Below are positions 38,405-50,829 of a DNA stretch of 64,000 nucleotides, in pieces. Origin of the DNA: Octopus sinensis (taxonomy: Eukaryota); NCBI RefSeq assembly GCF_006345805.1, contig NC_043010.1, forward strand, positions 48,360,001 to 48,424,000. Reading direction: 5' to 3'. Each line of letters opens with the position of its first letter. Within the stretch, counting starts at the first letter, position 1. The notes beneath the pieces are model-generated. The model saw only the letters and a program-made list of their open reading frames with translations, had not been told where the DNA came from and searched no databases. The translations under genes and the position numbers were made by a program.

Positions 38405-38863
38405 ATGTAAAGTATAATAGCCATCTCAATATGGCTAACCACAAAGAGTGGGTGTTACTGTAGCTTTTAGCTCCAGGAGATCATCGTCTCCAGCTGGCTT
38501 TAGGCACACTATCTGTGCCCTTATGGTATTTGCAAAGGGAGGTCATCCCTCTCTCGTAAGCCTAAGTGATACGCACAGACCGCAGTTTCGAGGTTGTTGC
38601 CTCTTGTCAACGGGCGGTAATCACTGGTTTATGATGAAAAGGAAGACCTGTATGCAAATACTTAAGTGTTTTTCTAGTAACTTCCGTCACTGATTTTGAA
38701 AAACTGTCTGCAAGCAATAATAAATCTCTGAACGAGATGTAAACAGTATGGGGCTAAAAGCTACAGTAACACCCACCCTTTGTGGTTAGCCATATTGAGA
38801 TGGTTATTATACTTTACATTGTCGAGCGGTTACTGTTTACATCTCCTTCAGAGATTTATTATT
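38405..38863. mobile_element. Element with two interleaved inverted repeats and a decayed hammerhead (minus, 38572-38616); probable Penelope-like pLTR derivative
   Basis: IR1 38405-38475/38749-38819 (71 bp, 3 mismatches); IR2 38716-38748/38831-38863 (33 bp, 1 mismatch); minus strand reads cgcccg-tTGACaA-GAGG caacaa CCTC-GAAAC tgcg GTC-tgtgcg. Confidence 0.65.
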
Positions 38864-38984
38864 AATATAATATAATATAACATAAAAATGTACCAGTGAA
38901 TTAGATGTATTACACACCCCTTTGAAGGGATTTCTTTCCTTAGTTTTTATTTATGTATATATATATATATAATGTGTGTGTGTG

Positions 38985-39017
<33 letters not shown>

Positions 39018-39560
39018 GTGTGTGTGAAGGTGTGGCTTTGTGGCTAGGGTATTTGGCTCACAATTGTAAGGTCATGAGTTCAATTCCCGGCGACGCATTG
39101 TGTCCTTGAGCAAGACACTTTATTTCACATTGCTCCAGTCCACTCAGCTGGGTTTGTTTATAAAAATATTATTTATGTAGTATTCAAACAGTTTAAGTAT
39201 ATATTACTTAAATTTGACTGAAATTGATGAGTGAACGTTTGGACAATCAAATTTTCAAGGAGATATGACAGCTACGATTTGTGGGTTCGATTCAACCTGA
39301 GGTTAGCTCATCATTTTTCAGTCATTTGTTTATATTTAAAAATTGTCGCTTCAAAATCAGAGATTAAATATCATCATGATATATATTATATACAGTTGAC
39401 ATAGGAGTGGCTGTGTGGTAAGTAGCTTGCTTATGAACCACATGGTTCCAGGTTCAGTCTAACTGCATGGCACCTTGGGCAAGTGTCTTCTACTATAGCC
39501 TCGGGCCGACCAAAGCCTTGTGAGTGGATTTGGTAGATGGAAACTGAAAGAAGCCCATAC

Positions 39561-40051
39561 GTCTTTGCACTCCTCACACTATGACGTATGAGATGGCTTG
39601 GGCATGTTAGCCGTATGAAAGATGGCAGAATCCCCAAGGACATACTCTACGGAGAGCTTGCTAGGGGTACTAGGTCTGTGGGTAGACCGTTCTTACGTTA
39701 CAAGGATGTTTGCAAAAGGGACATGAAGGCCTGCAACATCAATATTAGCAGTTGGGAGGCAGTTGCCGGCAACCGTGGAGATTGGCGACGTACCGTAAAA
39801 GAGGGAATACAAAGGAGTGACAGAGAGAGAGAGGAGAAATGGAAAGACAAGAAAAGACGTCAACAAGAAACTATGGCATTACAACCAGCCAGGAACAGTC
39901 TTCACTACATTTGCGATACCTGCCAGAAGGAGTGTTTGTCCAGGATAGGACTACACAGCCACAGCAGGAAATGTATCAGGACATGAAATGTAAAAGCCGG
40001 ACTAGACTATTTTATGCGCAACTCCATTGTCTCCCGAGACAAAAAGGATGC

Positions 40052-40060
<9 letters not shown>
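39561..40060 (+). mobile_element. 5'-truncated RTE (BovB-like) LINE 3' end with an open C-terminal frame and C2H2-type finger
   Basis: ORF 39588-39986: RWLGHVSRMKDGRIPKDILYGEL..GRPFLRYKDVCKRDMK..CDTCQKECLSRIGLHSHSRKC; 3' UTR ccattgtctcccgagacaaaaggatgcc plus (caa) tail; follows the 5' half of a SINE A (39400-39560). Confidence 0.85.
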
Positions 40061-40094
<34 letters not shown>

Positions 40095-40099
40095 TATAT

Positions 40100-40290
40100 A
40101 AAGTTAATCCAAACAAGAAAGCACAAAAAAGCACAACAACGCGAGGACATGGAACAAATATAGTATTGTTGGACGCTCAGGAAAGAAGGAAAGAAGGAGG
40201 GTTTAACGTTTCGAGCGGAGCTCTTTGTCGGAAACATAGGAGAAGGAAAGATCCAGAGAAGGGAAGACAGAGGAAAAATAAATCACCAAC
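40100..40290 (-). mobile_element. Penelope-like pLTR fragment with a minimal hammerhead (40201-40235)
   Basis: Reverse complement of 24185-24375; minus strand GTTT-CcGACaA-A-GAGC tcc GCTC-GAAAC GTT-AAAC. Confidence 0.7.
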
Positions 40291-40399
40291 AGTGTGTATA
40301 TATATATATGTTTGTGTGTATAATGGCTTTACTTGTTTAAGTAAAAGTAGATGAAAGGAGATAGCTTGACAATTAATAGCATATATATTGCACTAATGG

Positions 40400-41450
40400 A
40401 GAGGATATTTAAACAAATTAAGTGTATCCTGATGGGTGGTAATTGTAGCCTTTTATTAGCTGATTTATATTTATCTCCATGTATATTTAGTTTTCTTAAT
40501 GATTTATACTGAAAGTTAAAGATAGGTTCAGTCCTATAACTTAGTGGTTGCTGCAGGTATGTCAGTAATATTTATATTCCTAACTACAGTTATTTTGAAT
40601 ATTTGCTTTGGAAAATACATCCAGAAGATCTTGAAATGAATAGAAATGGTGACTTGGGAGATGAGATTGACATTGTTAGATGTTAAGGCTGTTTGTTTGC
40701 TTGTGTATTGTAAGTTCTATAATTCTTGAGGTGGCAATGTCTGATTTGAAGATATTTCTGTTAATATGTAGCATTTTTAATTTCTGTGCTTTGTAGCTCT
40801 CGGTATGAAATGATTTACGCTTGAGATTTCAACCCATGCCAGCATGGAAAATGGATGTTAAATAATGATGATGACGATGATTTGTAATAATGAGTAGGTG
40901 TAGAAATAATGGACATATTTCATTAATGTTTTGCTCCTGCTTCTTGTCTGTTAATTTCTAGGCAGCAATTATGTTTTTAGTACCGTTGCCACTGCTGGAG
41001 TGGGTGGTACTGCCCAAGTGCTGAAACTATAATGATATCTGTTAGGCAGCTGATGCTGGAAGTACATGTTTGATGTGCTTATTATCTGTGTATCATTTAT
41101 ATCTTGTGCTCTCATTGTTCTAAGTTGTCTGTCATTCTCATAGGGTCAAACTTGTTAAGGGGTTCTTTATTTCTTGGTTTATACCATGTATTGGTAATAA
41201 AAAGTTTGTGACTAGTACTTATAATATAACTAATAACTTTAATTTTCATATTGCATCCTTGCCTTGAGCATGAAGTAGAATTCTTCTAAGTATAACATAT
41301 TCAGTCAGGTTATTAGATACAGTAGAATTTATAAATGAGGTTGTTGTGTCTTGGAAAAGAATTAGATGCATATAGAAAAGCAAGATGACGTTCAGAAAAT
41401 ATTAGATAAATGTTTTAACAGCTGCTTGGGAAGACATTGTGAAATTTTGA
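40400..41450 (+). pseudogene. Fossil Penelope-like reverse transcriptase, interrupted by another repeat (~40690-41160)
   Basis: Frame fragments FKQIKCILMGGNCSLLLADLYL (motif B'), RYVSNI (decayed RYIDDI), KIHPEDLEM, NNFNFHIASLP and IFSQVIRYSRI occur in the order expected for a PLE RT; stops and frameshifts present. Confidence 0.65.
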
Positions 41451-44077
41451 GAAACTATGGGGTGATTTCTAGTTTATAACTTAGCAAAGATATATGAAAT
41501 AATCTAACATCATTGCTTTATAGTTTGTGGGTCAGCTGTTGTATATTATTGTGTATTATTGTGTACAACATCACTTCTATTAGGGAATAGGTATCGACTT
41601 CTGCTCATAGATTACTAAGATCTTTTGGCTGTAAGCAACAGTTAATGTATTTAGTCTGTGCTTCTGTTCATTTCTTTGCTGCATGTGGCGTTTTGATATT
41701 TCATATCATGAATATTTCTGTTATGATTTGTTTGTTTTAGTCAATTTTCAGTTATATATATATATATATATGTTCTTTAGATGAATTTATTTCTATGCAG
41801 CACAGAATTTTGTCAATGAACAGGTTGTGGTCTCAAAGCGACGAAAATATTTTGACAAATTAAACTTAAATGTTGAAGTGAATCTAACGGATTTTGTGTG
41901 TTTCTTAAATGGCTTATAAACACCTTCCATGCTGCAATTGTTTTCGTTCCAGCACATGATCTTAGATCAGGTCACTTGCTATGCAAGTACATCTCCATAA
42001 ATAAAATTTCTGTCTATTTAATAGTTGCAGGTCTATATTGGTTTATTGCCACATTGCCGACAGACAAAGCCTGATAGTTAAATCATGGAATTCTGTTAGT
42101 TTACATTTAGATAATTTTAATTATGTTTTAAGTATGTTAGTGAATATTTTCAATGTAATTGGGGTCTTTTAGTCAAGTTTATATTATTTTACATTATTTA
42201 TATGTTTTTAGGTGAAATATTCATTTAGTATATTTCTTGTAATTAAGGTTTATTTTTAATAGATATTGATCTCTACTAGTTAAAGTAATATATTATTCTG
42301 CTAGTTTACATTTGGTTCATTTTAATTATGTTTTTGTGTTTGAAATAAATGCTATAGATTGTGGAGTAGCAATGTTTATTGGTTTATGTTCTGTAATTAA
42401 TCTATATGTTTGAAGTTTTAGCTTGGTTATTCACTAGGTTATTATTTTCTATTTTATGTACTGGTAATGTATGTTTTTGATGTAGTTCAGCAATTTTTAT
42501 TCAATATGTTTAGTTTGCTAGTGCATCTTAAGTTCTATAATCATCAAGGTAGCAGTGTTCATTTAGAAGATATTTCTATGTTTTAATGTGTAGTATTTTT
42601 AATTTCTGCACTTCATAGCTATAGGTATAAAATGATTTATGTCTGAGATTTGATCCTTGCATTTGTATTAATAAGTAGGTGTAGAAATAATGGACATATT
42701 TCATCAATGTTTCACTCTTGCTTTTTGTCTGTTAATTCTTAGGCAGCAGTTATGTTTTCAATACTGTTGCTGCTGCTAGACTGAATGATACTGCCCAAGA
42801 GTTGAAACTATAATGATATCTACTAGGCAGCTGTTGATGGGAGTACATGTTTGATGTGTTTGTTGTCTGTGAATCATTTATAACTTGTGCTCTCATTGTT
42901 CTAAGTTATCTGCCATTCTCATAGGGTCAGACTTGTTAAGGGACTCTTAGTTTTATGGTTTCTAGTGATTTATATTGTATCCAGCATTGGTATTGTATGA
43001 TTGTTCCTGCTTTTAAGGGTATTGTGAAATGCCTGGTTGGAAGCCCAACCTTGCAAGTTCTTTTACAAGGCTTAGAAGAACTGACGGATCACTGCAGTAA
43101 GTGTGTGAATCTGAGAATGGAATATGTTGAATAAAATCATAATTAACTGATCCTCCTGTATTTTCTTTTACCCAAAGCCAGGAACTTTTCAGTACCCCCT
43201 TGTATCTGCTTTATGTTCAAACTGACCAGATCTGGCTTCTCACACCTACCCTACAATTTCATTCTAAAAACAAGCAATCGCATCATCAAAATCTTGCTTA
43301 AAGTGACAGGATAGTGTAAGATTAATGCAAAACAATGTCAATATATAAACATTACATTTGACAGACAAATCTGAAACCTAAAGGGTTAATGCGTGCAAAC
43401 TCCCTGTAAAATCATTTTTGATATTACTGGATCATCATCAACAACATCAGTTTATTTTTTTAATATATTTCTGTTAATCTTGGTTAAGATGGATCCATGT
43501 TTGCTATAAAGCAGACAGTGTAGACTAAGTGTTGGAGATGTTACATCGCCTGAAAAAAGAATGCATAGTCTGGATTGAAATGAGTATGGATCTTTATTTC
43601 TGTATTATTTAAAGGAAGTGGAGAGGATGGTGCTCATAACTGTTTAATGTCCATCCATATTGAAATGGTTAATGTAATTAATAATGACAGTATAGTTAAG
43701 GGAAAATACCTCAGGGGAGTCTTCTGCACACTAAATACAAATATCATAGAGCGTCACATATGTAATATGATAATATGATGAGCAATAAAAAATTTGACTA
43801 AGTGAGTTTATCCATGCAATTAATAAACAAGAATTTCCTATAGGGTGTTTAAAATCTTCACACAACGGAGCATGGAAGATGTCTTCAGTAAAATTAGTAA
43901 TGAGAATTTTTAGGAAAATATTTGTAGAAAATGCAATATTGAAGTGGGATTTTGTCTTTAAAGCCAATTAATGAAGACAGTGGACAGGTTTCACTCTAAT
44001 TAGATCTTCTCAGCAAAATGTTATGTTCATTTGGAATATTGTCAATGTCCATAATCAGCATCAGTACTTACCCTCTA

Positions 44078-44118
<41 letters not shown>

Positions 44119-44267
44119 ATGTGTTTATCACATGTATATCATGTAATGTGATTGTGACCTGACTATCAGATGTCTTTATACATTGATGGACGCAATAGAC
44201 TTTGTATTTACTACAATAACTGAACAGAGCAACTTTATGACATTATATTATATTGACAGTGGAGGTG

Positions 44268-44510
44268 CATGACTTTGTGGTTGGGGTGTCAGCATCATGA
44301 TCGTAAGACTGTGGTTTCGATTCCTGGACCAGGCGATGCATTGTGTTCTTGAGCAAAACACTTCATTTTCACATTGCTCCAGTCCACTCAGCTAGCAAAA
44401 ATGAGTAATTCTGCAATGGACTGGCATCCCGTCCAGCTGGGGAACACATACGCCATTGAAACCAGGAAACCGGGCCCATGAGCCTGGCTAGGCTTTAAAA
44501 GGGCACATTT
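44268..44510 (+). mobile_element. SINE head D with tail type ii
   Basis: Matches 3025-3278. Confidence 0.8.
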
Positions 44511-44914
44511 ATTTATTTATTTATCATATTATTTATTTATTATATTGGCGTTAGGAAGGGCATTGGTGTTAGGAAGGGCATCTAACTGTAGAAACTCTGC
44601 CAGATCAAGATTGAAGCCAGGTGCAGCCATCTGGTTCGCCAGCCCTCAGTCAAGATCATCCAACTCATGCTAGTATGGAAAGCGGACGTTAAACGATGAT
44701 GATGATGATGATTAACAGATATTGTTTGATTTATGTGATGGATAACTTTGTTTTTGTTTTTGTGTAAAGGAAGGTATTCCACTAATCCTCTTTTTTATGC
44801 AACCATTATATTTTAAATATATTTACTCATTATTTCCTGTATGCCTATTGTAAACATTAAAGCTAATGAATTTTGAGAATATATTTTTGAAATATTTCAT
44901 AAAAATCATTGCAG

Positions 44915-45046
44915 GATGTGACCTTGTCAGCTGCTTGTGCACCTCCTGGTGGTGGTCGAAATGCTATCACACCAAGACTTGTCCGTCATTTCAGTGTTTT
45001 CAACATACCCCCTCCTGCGGAACATAGTCTCAAGTTAATGTTTACT
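44915..45046 (+). CDS. DNAH6: Dynein heavy chain exon (DVTLSAACAPPGGGRNAITPRLVRHF...LKLMFT); absent from the ORF track
   Basis: Translated by hand; ttgcag|GAT acceptor, ACT|gtaagt donor, 44 codons; PPGGGRN motif. Confidence 0.95.
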
Positions 45047-45120
45047 GTAAGTTGATATATTGCATAATATTGGATTAGATTAACTGGTAAAAGATTATCA
45101 CAAATTATTGGATTATTATA

Positions 45121-45648
45121 CAGGGTGTCCCCATAAAATTGACATCATTTCATAGTCTAATAATGTAACCAATTCTTGCTCAAATGATCTCAAATTTTAA
45201 CAAATTGTGTAAAAAAGTAGCTAAATTTGGATTGGGCATGCCAGTGATAATGATAATGTGCTGTTGAAATGGGCACCATGTTCACCTGACTTGACCACCT
45301 GTTTTTCTATGGAGCTATGTGAAAGAACCTACAAGTCTAGAGGAACTCAAGTAATGAATCACTGAAGTGCTGGAGAATGTTACACAAGACAAGCTACAGC
45401 ATGCTTGGCAGGAGCTGGACTACCAGCTCGATGTGTGTCATGTCACAGGCAGTACGCATATTGAACATTTGTGAGGCTTTGTGAACTTGATTATATAATC
45501 CACATCCCTCTGGATCTCTTGTTTGAATTTTGATAATTAAATCTTTTATCGTTCAACACAAAGCTTATTTAATTTCATTTGCCTAGGACACGTAGTTACT
45601 CAGCTATTCACATTTCAAATGATGTTAGTTTTGTTGGGGGACACCCTG
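45121..45648 (+). mobile_element. Internally deleted Tc1/mariner-superfamily element (WPPRSPDL-type)
   Basis: ta|cagggtgtcccc ... ggggacaccctg|ta; residual WAPCSPDLT and LQHAWQELDYQLDVCHVTGSTHIEHL* transposase C-terminus. Confidence 0.75.
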
Positions 45649-45678
45649 TATTTATGCTTTGTGCCATTGTATTTCTTT

Positions 45679-45872
45679 AACCCTTTAGCATTTAAACTGA
45701 CCATATCTCTCCTAAATATTCTATTTGTTTTATGTTCAAACTGGCCAGATCCAGTCTCTCACATCTACCCTATCATTGAAGTCTTGAAGCCATGACACAC
45801 TGCATGATTAGTTCAAAACAATGTGAATAAATAAGCAGTATGTTGGACAGAATAATTAGAATGCTAAAAGGT
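45679..45872. mobile_element. piggyBac-like MITE (ttaa|ccctttagcatt...aatgctaaaagg|ttaa); related copies at ~7005-7200, ~16255-16470, ~43190-43388 and ~52425-53275
   Basis: TIR-like ends with TTAA duplication. Confidence 0.7.
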
Positions 45873-45937
45873 TAAATTTCTCTTTCTTTTGTCATAATAA
45901 TTTTACTTAACAATAATCAAAATTGGCTGCTTAAGTT

Positions 45938-45981
<44 letters not shown>

Positions 45982-46315
45982 AAAATTATAAATTAGGGTA
46001 TCTACGAGATACCACCATGCTGAAAATAGCAGCCATGATCCAACTCTAAAACCATCTTAAATATTCATATAGCAACATGGAGAGAAAACAAAGAGACAAG
46101 ATGAAACTAGTAAAAAATTACTGGATAATTCCAGTAGATACCCAAATTTATAATTTTAATAATTATTACCTTTGAAGGTTATTTTTTCCATGCTGGCCAC
46201 TTGATAAGATCATTATTTTATTTTAGATTAACAATCTTATCCTTCATGCTAGCATGGAGAACGGACGTTAAACGATGATGATGATGATGATGATGATGAT
46301 GATATATATATATAT

Positions 46316-46703
46316 ATATTGTTATATTTCGGAATGGTCATTTTGCCAGTTTAGCCAATAAAAATACATGCACTATATATTTTTGGTGTTATTTTGCTTC
46401 AGTGTTATTTATTTTTTACAATAAATACAAAATGGCTGACGGTTAGTAAGGAGAGACACAAATAAGAAAGAAGAAAACAAAGGACCACTGATGCGGTCAC
46501 AGGAGTGTGACGAAAGAACTCTGGCCGAAATAAGATTAAGATTAATGTAAAAAATAAATAACACTGAAGCAAAATAGCACCAAAAATATATAGTGCGTGT
46601 GTTTTTATTGGCTAAACTGGCAAAATGACCATTCCAAAATATAACAATATCTGTTTTAACACACGACTTCACATAAAAAATCTTGCACAACAAATATTTA
46701 AAC

Positions 46704-46707
<4 letters not shown>
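46316..46707 (+). mobile_element. Element with 105-bp inverted repeats around a hammerhead motif (46482-46526); probable Penelope-like pLTR derivative in (TA)n
   Basis: Arms 46316-46420 / 46546-46650, 4 mismatches; CCA-CTGATGc-G-GTCAC aggagt GTGAC-GAAA G aa CTC-TGG. Confidence 0.68.
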
Positions 46708-46764
<57 letters not shown>

Positions 46765-47010
46765 TTTACTTTTTTCAGTAATTTGACTGCAGCCATTCCT
46801 TTGCTTATAATATTATTTTATATTCAGTGCATCATAGTTAATACTTCATGTGTTCTGTCTGTTTAAGCTCTGACTATATACGTCTTTTCTGGTTGCTGTT
46901 TTATTTGTCTAACAGCCAAAATTATTTTTACAGGTTAGTAAAAAAAAAAATAAAACTGCTATTAAATTTCCCTTGTTTTTTTTTGTTTTTTTGTTTTTTT
47001 GTTGTTGTAG

Positions 47011-47182
47011 GCTATTCTTAGCGGTTTCTTTATTGAGTTCCCACAAGCCATCCAGCACTGCGTTGAGTCGATTGTCTGCGCAGCTGTGGAGATTTATTGC
47101 AGCATGAAATCCGACCTCCTTCCAACACCAACTAAATCACATTATCTGTTTAATCTTCGTGATTTATCAAAATGTGTGCAAG
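47011..47182 (+). CDS. DNAH6: Dynein heavy chain exon (AILSGFF...DLLPTPTKSHYLFNLRDLSKCVQ); absent from the ORF track
   Basis: Translated by hand; ttgtag|GCT acceptor, G|gtatga donor (phase 1); LPTP.KSHY.FNLRD motif. Confidence 0.95.
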
Positions 47183-47804
47183 GTATGAAAGTAGTAAAAA
47201 ATTGTCCTTATTTCTTTCTCCATTATCATATCTATAAATGAAGATGAAACGTGTAACAGCTTTTAGCGTGGGAGGAAATCATCATCATCATCATCATCAT
47301 CATCACCAGCTTTTTAAGGTCCACTTTTTTTTTATACTTGTATGGGTTGTATGAAATTCATAGAGGCAGAATTTTTTTTTATGGCTGGATGCCCTTCCTG
47401 CCACCCACCCTCACTTGTTTCCAGTTCAGAACATAAAGAACTGGAAGAAATGCCACAGGGTAATTTTCCAATGCTCTAATGATTCCACCAATCCACTACC
47501 CTAGTAATACCAATAATAATCAATACCATCAGGATGATGAAACACTTTGTAGAGTTTCAGTTGTAAGTCCTACAAGTAGACAGGGTGGAGAGGTGATAAT
47601 CAGCTTATGAATATCTAAAAATGCAATATATAATAATGGAATCATATTATCTCCAATTTATCAGTTATAGACAATATAGAATTAGTGTAGTATTTGTGTG
47701 GATTATTTCTGTGGAATGGTTGGGCATGGTATCTAGGAAATTAATTAATTTGAAAAAGTAAGTATATGTAATCAAAATTGTCAGCTAATATACTCACCTT
47801 GTAA

Positions 47805-48195
47805 GGTGGTGAGCTAGCATAATCATTAGCATGTTGGGCAATATGCTTAATGGTATTTCATCTGCCATTACGTTCTGAGTTCAAATTCCACTGAGGTCGA
47901 CTTTGCCTTTCATCCTTTTGGGGTCGATTAAATAAGTACCAGTTATGCACTGGGGTTAATGTAATTGACTTAATCCCGTTGTCTGTCGTTGTTTGTCCCC
48001 TCTATGTTTAGCTCCTTGTGGGCAATAAAGAAATAGGTATTTCGTCTGTCTTTATATTCTGAGTTCAAATTCTGCCAAGTTTGACTTTGCCTTTCATCCC
48101 TCCAGGGTGGACAAAAGTAAGTACCAGTTGGGCACTGGGGTTGATGCAATCAACTTAGTCCCTCCCTCAGAATTACTGGCCTTGTGTCAAAATTT
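47805..48195 (+). mobile_element. SINE B dimer
   Basis: Junction gcaataaagaaatagg|tatttcgtctg at ~48025-48050. Confidence 0.78.
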
Positions 48196-49264
48196 GAAGT
48201 CAATATATAAGTCTTGTGATTAAGAATGGTGTATATTGTTGCTTTAATGTCCACTTTCTCGTGCAAACATGAGTCAGATCAAATTTGTTAATACAAATTT
48301 CTTTTTCTACGGCTGGATGCTTTCTCTCATGTTTCCAATCAAGGTAAGGTAATGTTTCCACATGGCTCAACATATTTTCATAGAAGACTGGAAACAAACA
48401 CTGCTGCTAGTATGGCAATAGCATTCATTTAAAACTGTCTTGCAATAAGGGAACACAAACACATATACACACACACAAATACTTATTCTCTTGGTCTCTC
48501 TTGTCAAACTTCTACCTTACGGGGACATAAACACACAAACACCGGTTATCAATCAGTGGTGGGAGACAGACCCACACACAAACACATATGCAGTCACCTA
48601 TTTGTTTAAGTCATTGGACTGCAGAGCTATAGTAGAATGCTTTTACCTCAGGTGCTGTATAGCGGGCCTGAACCTAGAACTATGTGGTTGGGAAACAAAC
48701 TTCTCACCACATATTGTAAACTTTAAATCCATAATCAAGGATTATTTTCCACTCCTTAAAAACATGTAGCCATAAAGTAAAATGAAATTTTCATGATTGC
48801 AACTGTCAACATTTCTGGCCTCAAAAATTATCATCCAGTCAAAAATTATAATTTCATCTTTTGGACATGATGCCATTAATCATTTTCACAGTCATTGCTA
48901 TGTGAAAATTTCAGTTTTCAGCTTTGTAATTCTGTGAGAATTTGGAAGTTTTTTACGGTTGCAAATGTTTCAAAATTTCTGATTTTAATAATCATTTCTG
49001 GGTTTATACAGTTCTGTAGTTAAGATTTCTGGATTTGTCAGAAATGGTTATTTAATTAATCCACATGTAGTAGAATTCAAAAATTTTCAACATTACTGTG
49101 ATTGTAAAAAATAAAAAAATTTTAGGATTATTTTGTTGGAATTTGGACATTTTTATGATTGTAAATTCCTGACATTAGTGATTCAAATCTATTAGAGGTC
49201 TTTCACATGATGAATTTCCTGATTTTCAAATATCTTGAAATGTCAAAATTTTAAGATTTCTTAG

Positions 49265-49393
49265 TTCCGGGTTCAATCCCACTGCGTGGCACCTTGGGCA
49301 AGTGTCTTCAACTATAGCCTCGGGCTGACCAAAGCCTTGTGAGTGGATTTGGTAGACAAACTGAAAGAAGCCCGTCGTATACGTATATATATA

Positions 49394-49437
<44 letters not shown>

Positions 49438-49990
49438 TGTGTGTGTCTGTGTTTGTCTCCTCCCCACCATCACTTGACAACTGATATTGGTGTGTTCACA
49501 TCGCTGTAACTTAGCGGTTCGGCAAAAGAGACCAATAGAATAAGTACTAGGCTTACAAAGAATAAGTCCTGGGGTCGATTTGCTTGACTAAAGGCAGTGC
49601 TCCAGCATGGCCGCAGTCAAATGACTGAAACAAATAAAAGAATAATACTGAAACTCTGCTGGAGTTAATCATTTTAGGTATTCTATGTTATGTGAATTGT
49701 GATGATCTCAGATATCTTTCTACTTTTACTTGTTTCAGTTGTGGCCATGCTGGGATATTACCTTGAAAGATTTGGTTGAACTAATCAGCCCAGTGATTAA
49801 TTTTTCTAAGTCTGATATTTATTCTAGCACTCTTCTTCACCAAACTGCTAAGTTATGGGGATGTAAGCAAACCAACACTGGTTGTCAAATGGTAATGGTG
49901 ACGACAAACCCAACACAAACACAAAGACACACATGAACTCAACACACACAGACACACACGACAGGCTTCCACACAGTTTCCATCCACCAA
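49265..49990. mobile_element. Inverted SINE A pair (plus 49265-49645; partial minus ~49720-49990)
   Basis: Family matches. Confidence 0.72.
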
Positions 49991-50482
49991 ATTCACTCAA
50001 CAGCAACAACAACAACAACAACAGCAGCAGCAGCAAAAACAACAGCAGCAACTATTCTTTAAAAGCATTTACTTTTTTCAAAATAATTAAAAACAAAAAA
50101 CTTGTTTTTAATGTCTTTTCCTGATTAGAAGCAAAAATCTTAAATTCTTAATTGCAGAGTATTTACCTTTATCTGGTATGTGTTAAAAAATTAAGCCTGA
50201 TCATCTAAACACTGATATTTGAAGCCATAAATGTATCAATTTTTTTCTTTTTTAATGTCTGGTTTCCATTCTTCTCACGATACAAATGATTTCATGTATT
50301 TTGAAAACAATCGTTTTTTTTTACTGTTGACCTCTTAGAAATGTTCATAAATTTGTGTAAGTTCATTTGCTATAAGAAAATACAAGAATCCTGACTAATC
50401 TAGCTGAATTTGTAAACTTTACTAATTTTCCTTGACACAGACATCCATTAGTTTCCTTTGATTCTTGTTTCTATGGGAAATC

Positions 50483-50805
50483 ATCATCATCGTTTAACGT
50501 CTGCTTTCCATGTTAGTATGGGTTAGATGATTTGACTGAGGACTGGCAAACCAGATGGCTGCACCAGACTTCAATCTGATCTGGTAGAGTTTCTACAGCT
50601 GGACACCCTTCCTAATGCCAACCACTCCGAGAGTGTAGCGGATGCTTTTACGTGCCAGTGGCATGAGGGCCAGTCAGGCGGTACTGGCAGTGGCCACGCT
50701 CAGATGGTGCTTTTTATGTGCCACCTACACAGGAGCCAGTCCAGCGGCACTGGCTACGACCTCACTTGAATATTTTTTCACGTGCCACCAGCACAAGTGC
50801 CAGAA
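50483..50805 (-). mobile_element. SINE family E
   Basis: (CAT)n tail plus reverse complement of the E body. Confidence 0.75.
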
Positions 50806-50829
50806 TTATTACTGAGAAAGCTTTTGTGA

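Noticed and set aside
43450-43900. Possible fossil LINE RT on the minus strand (CEDFK.., FSGDVT)
   Set aside because: The motif resemblance is too weak to call by eye; it needs a frameshift-aware protein search.
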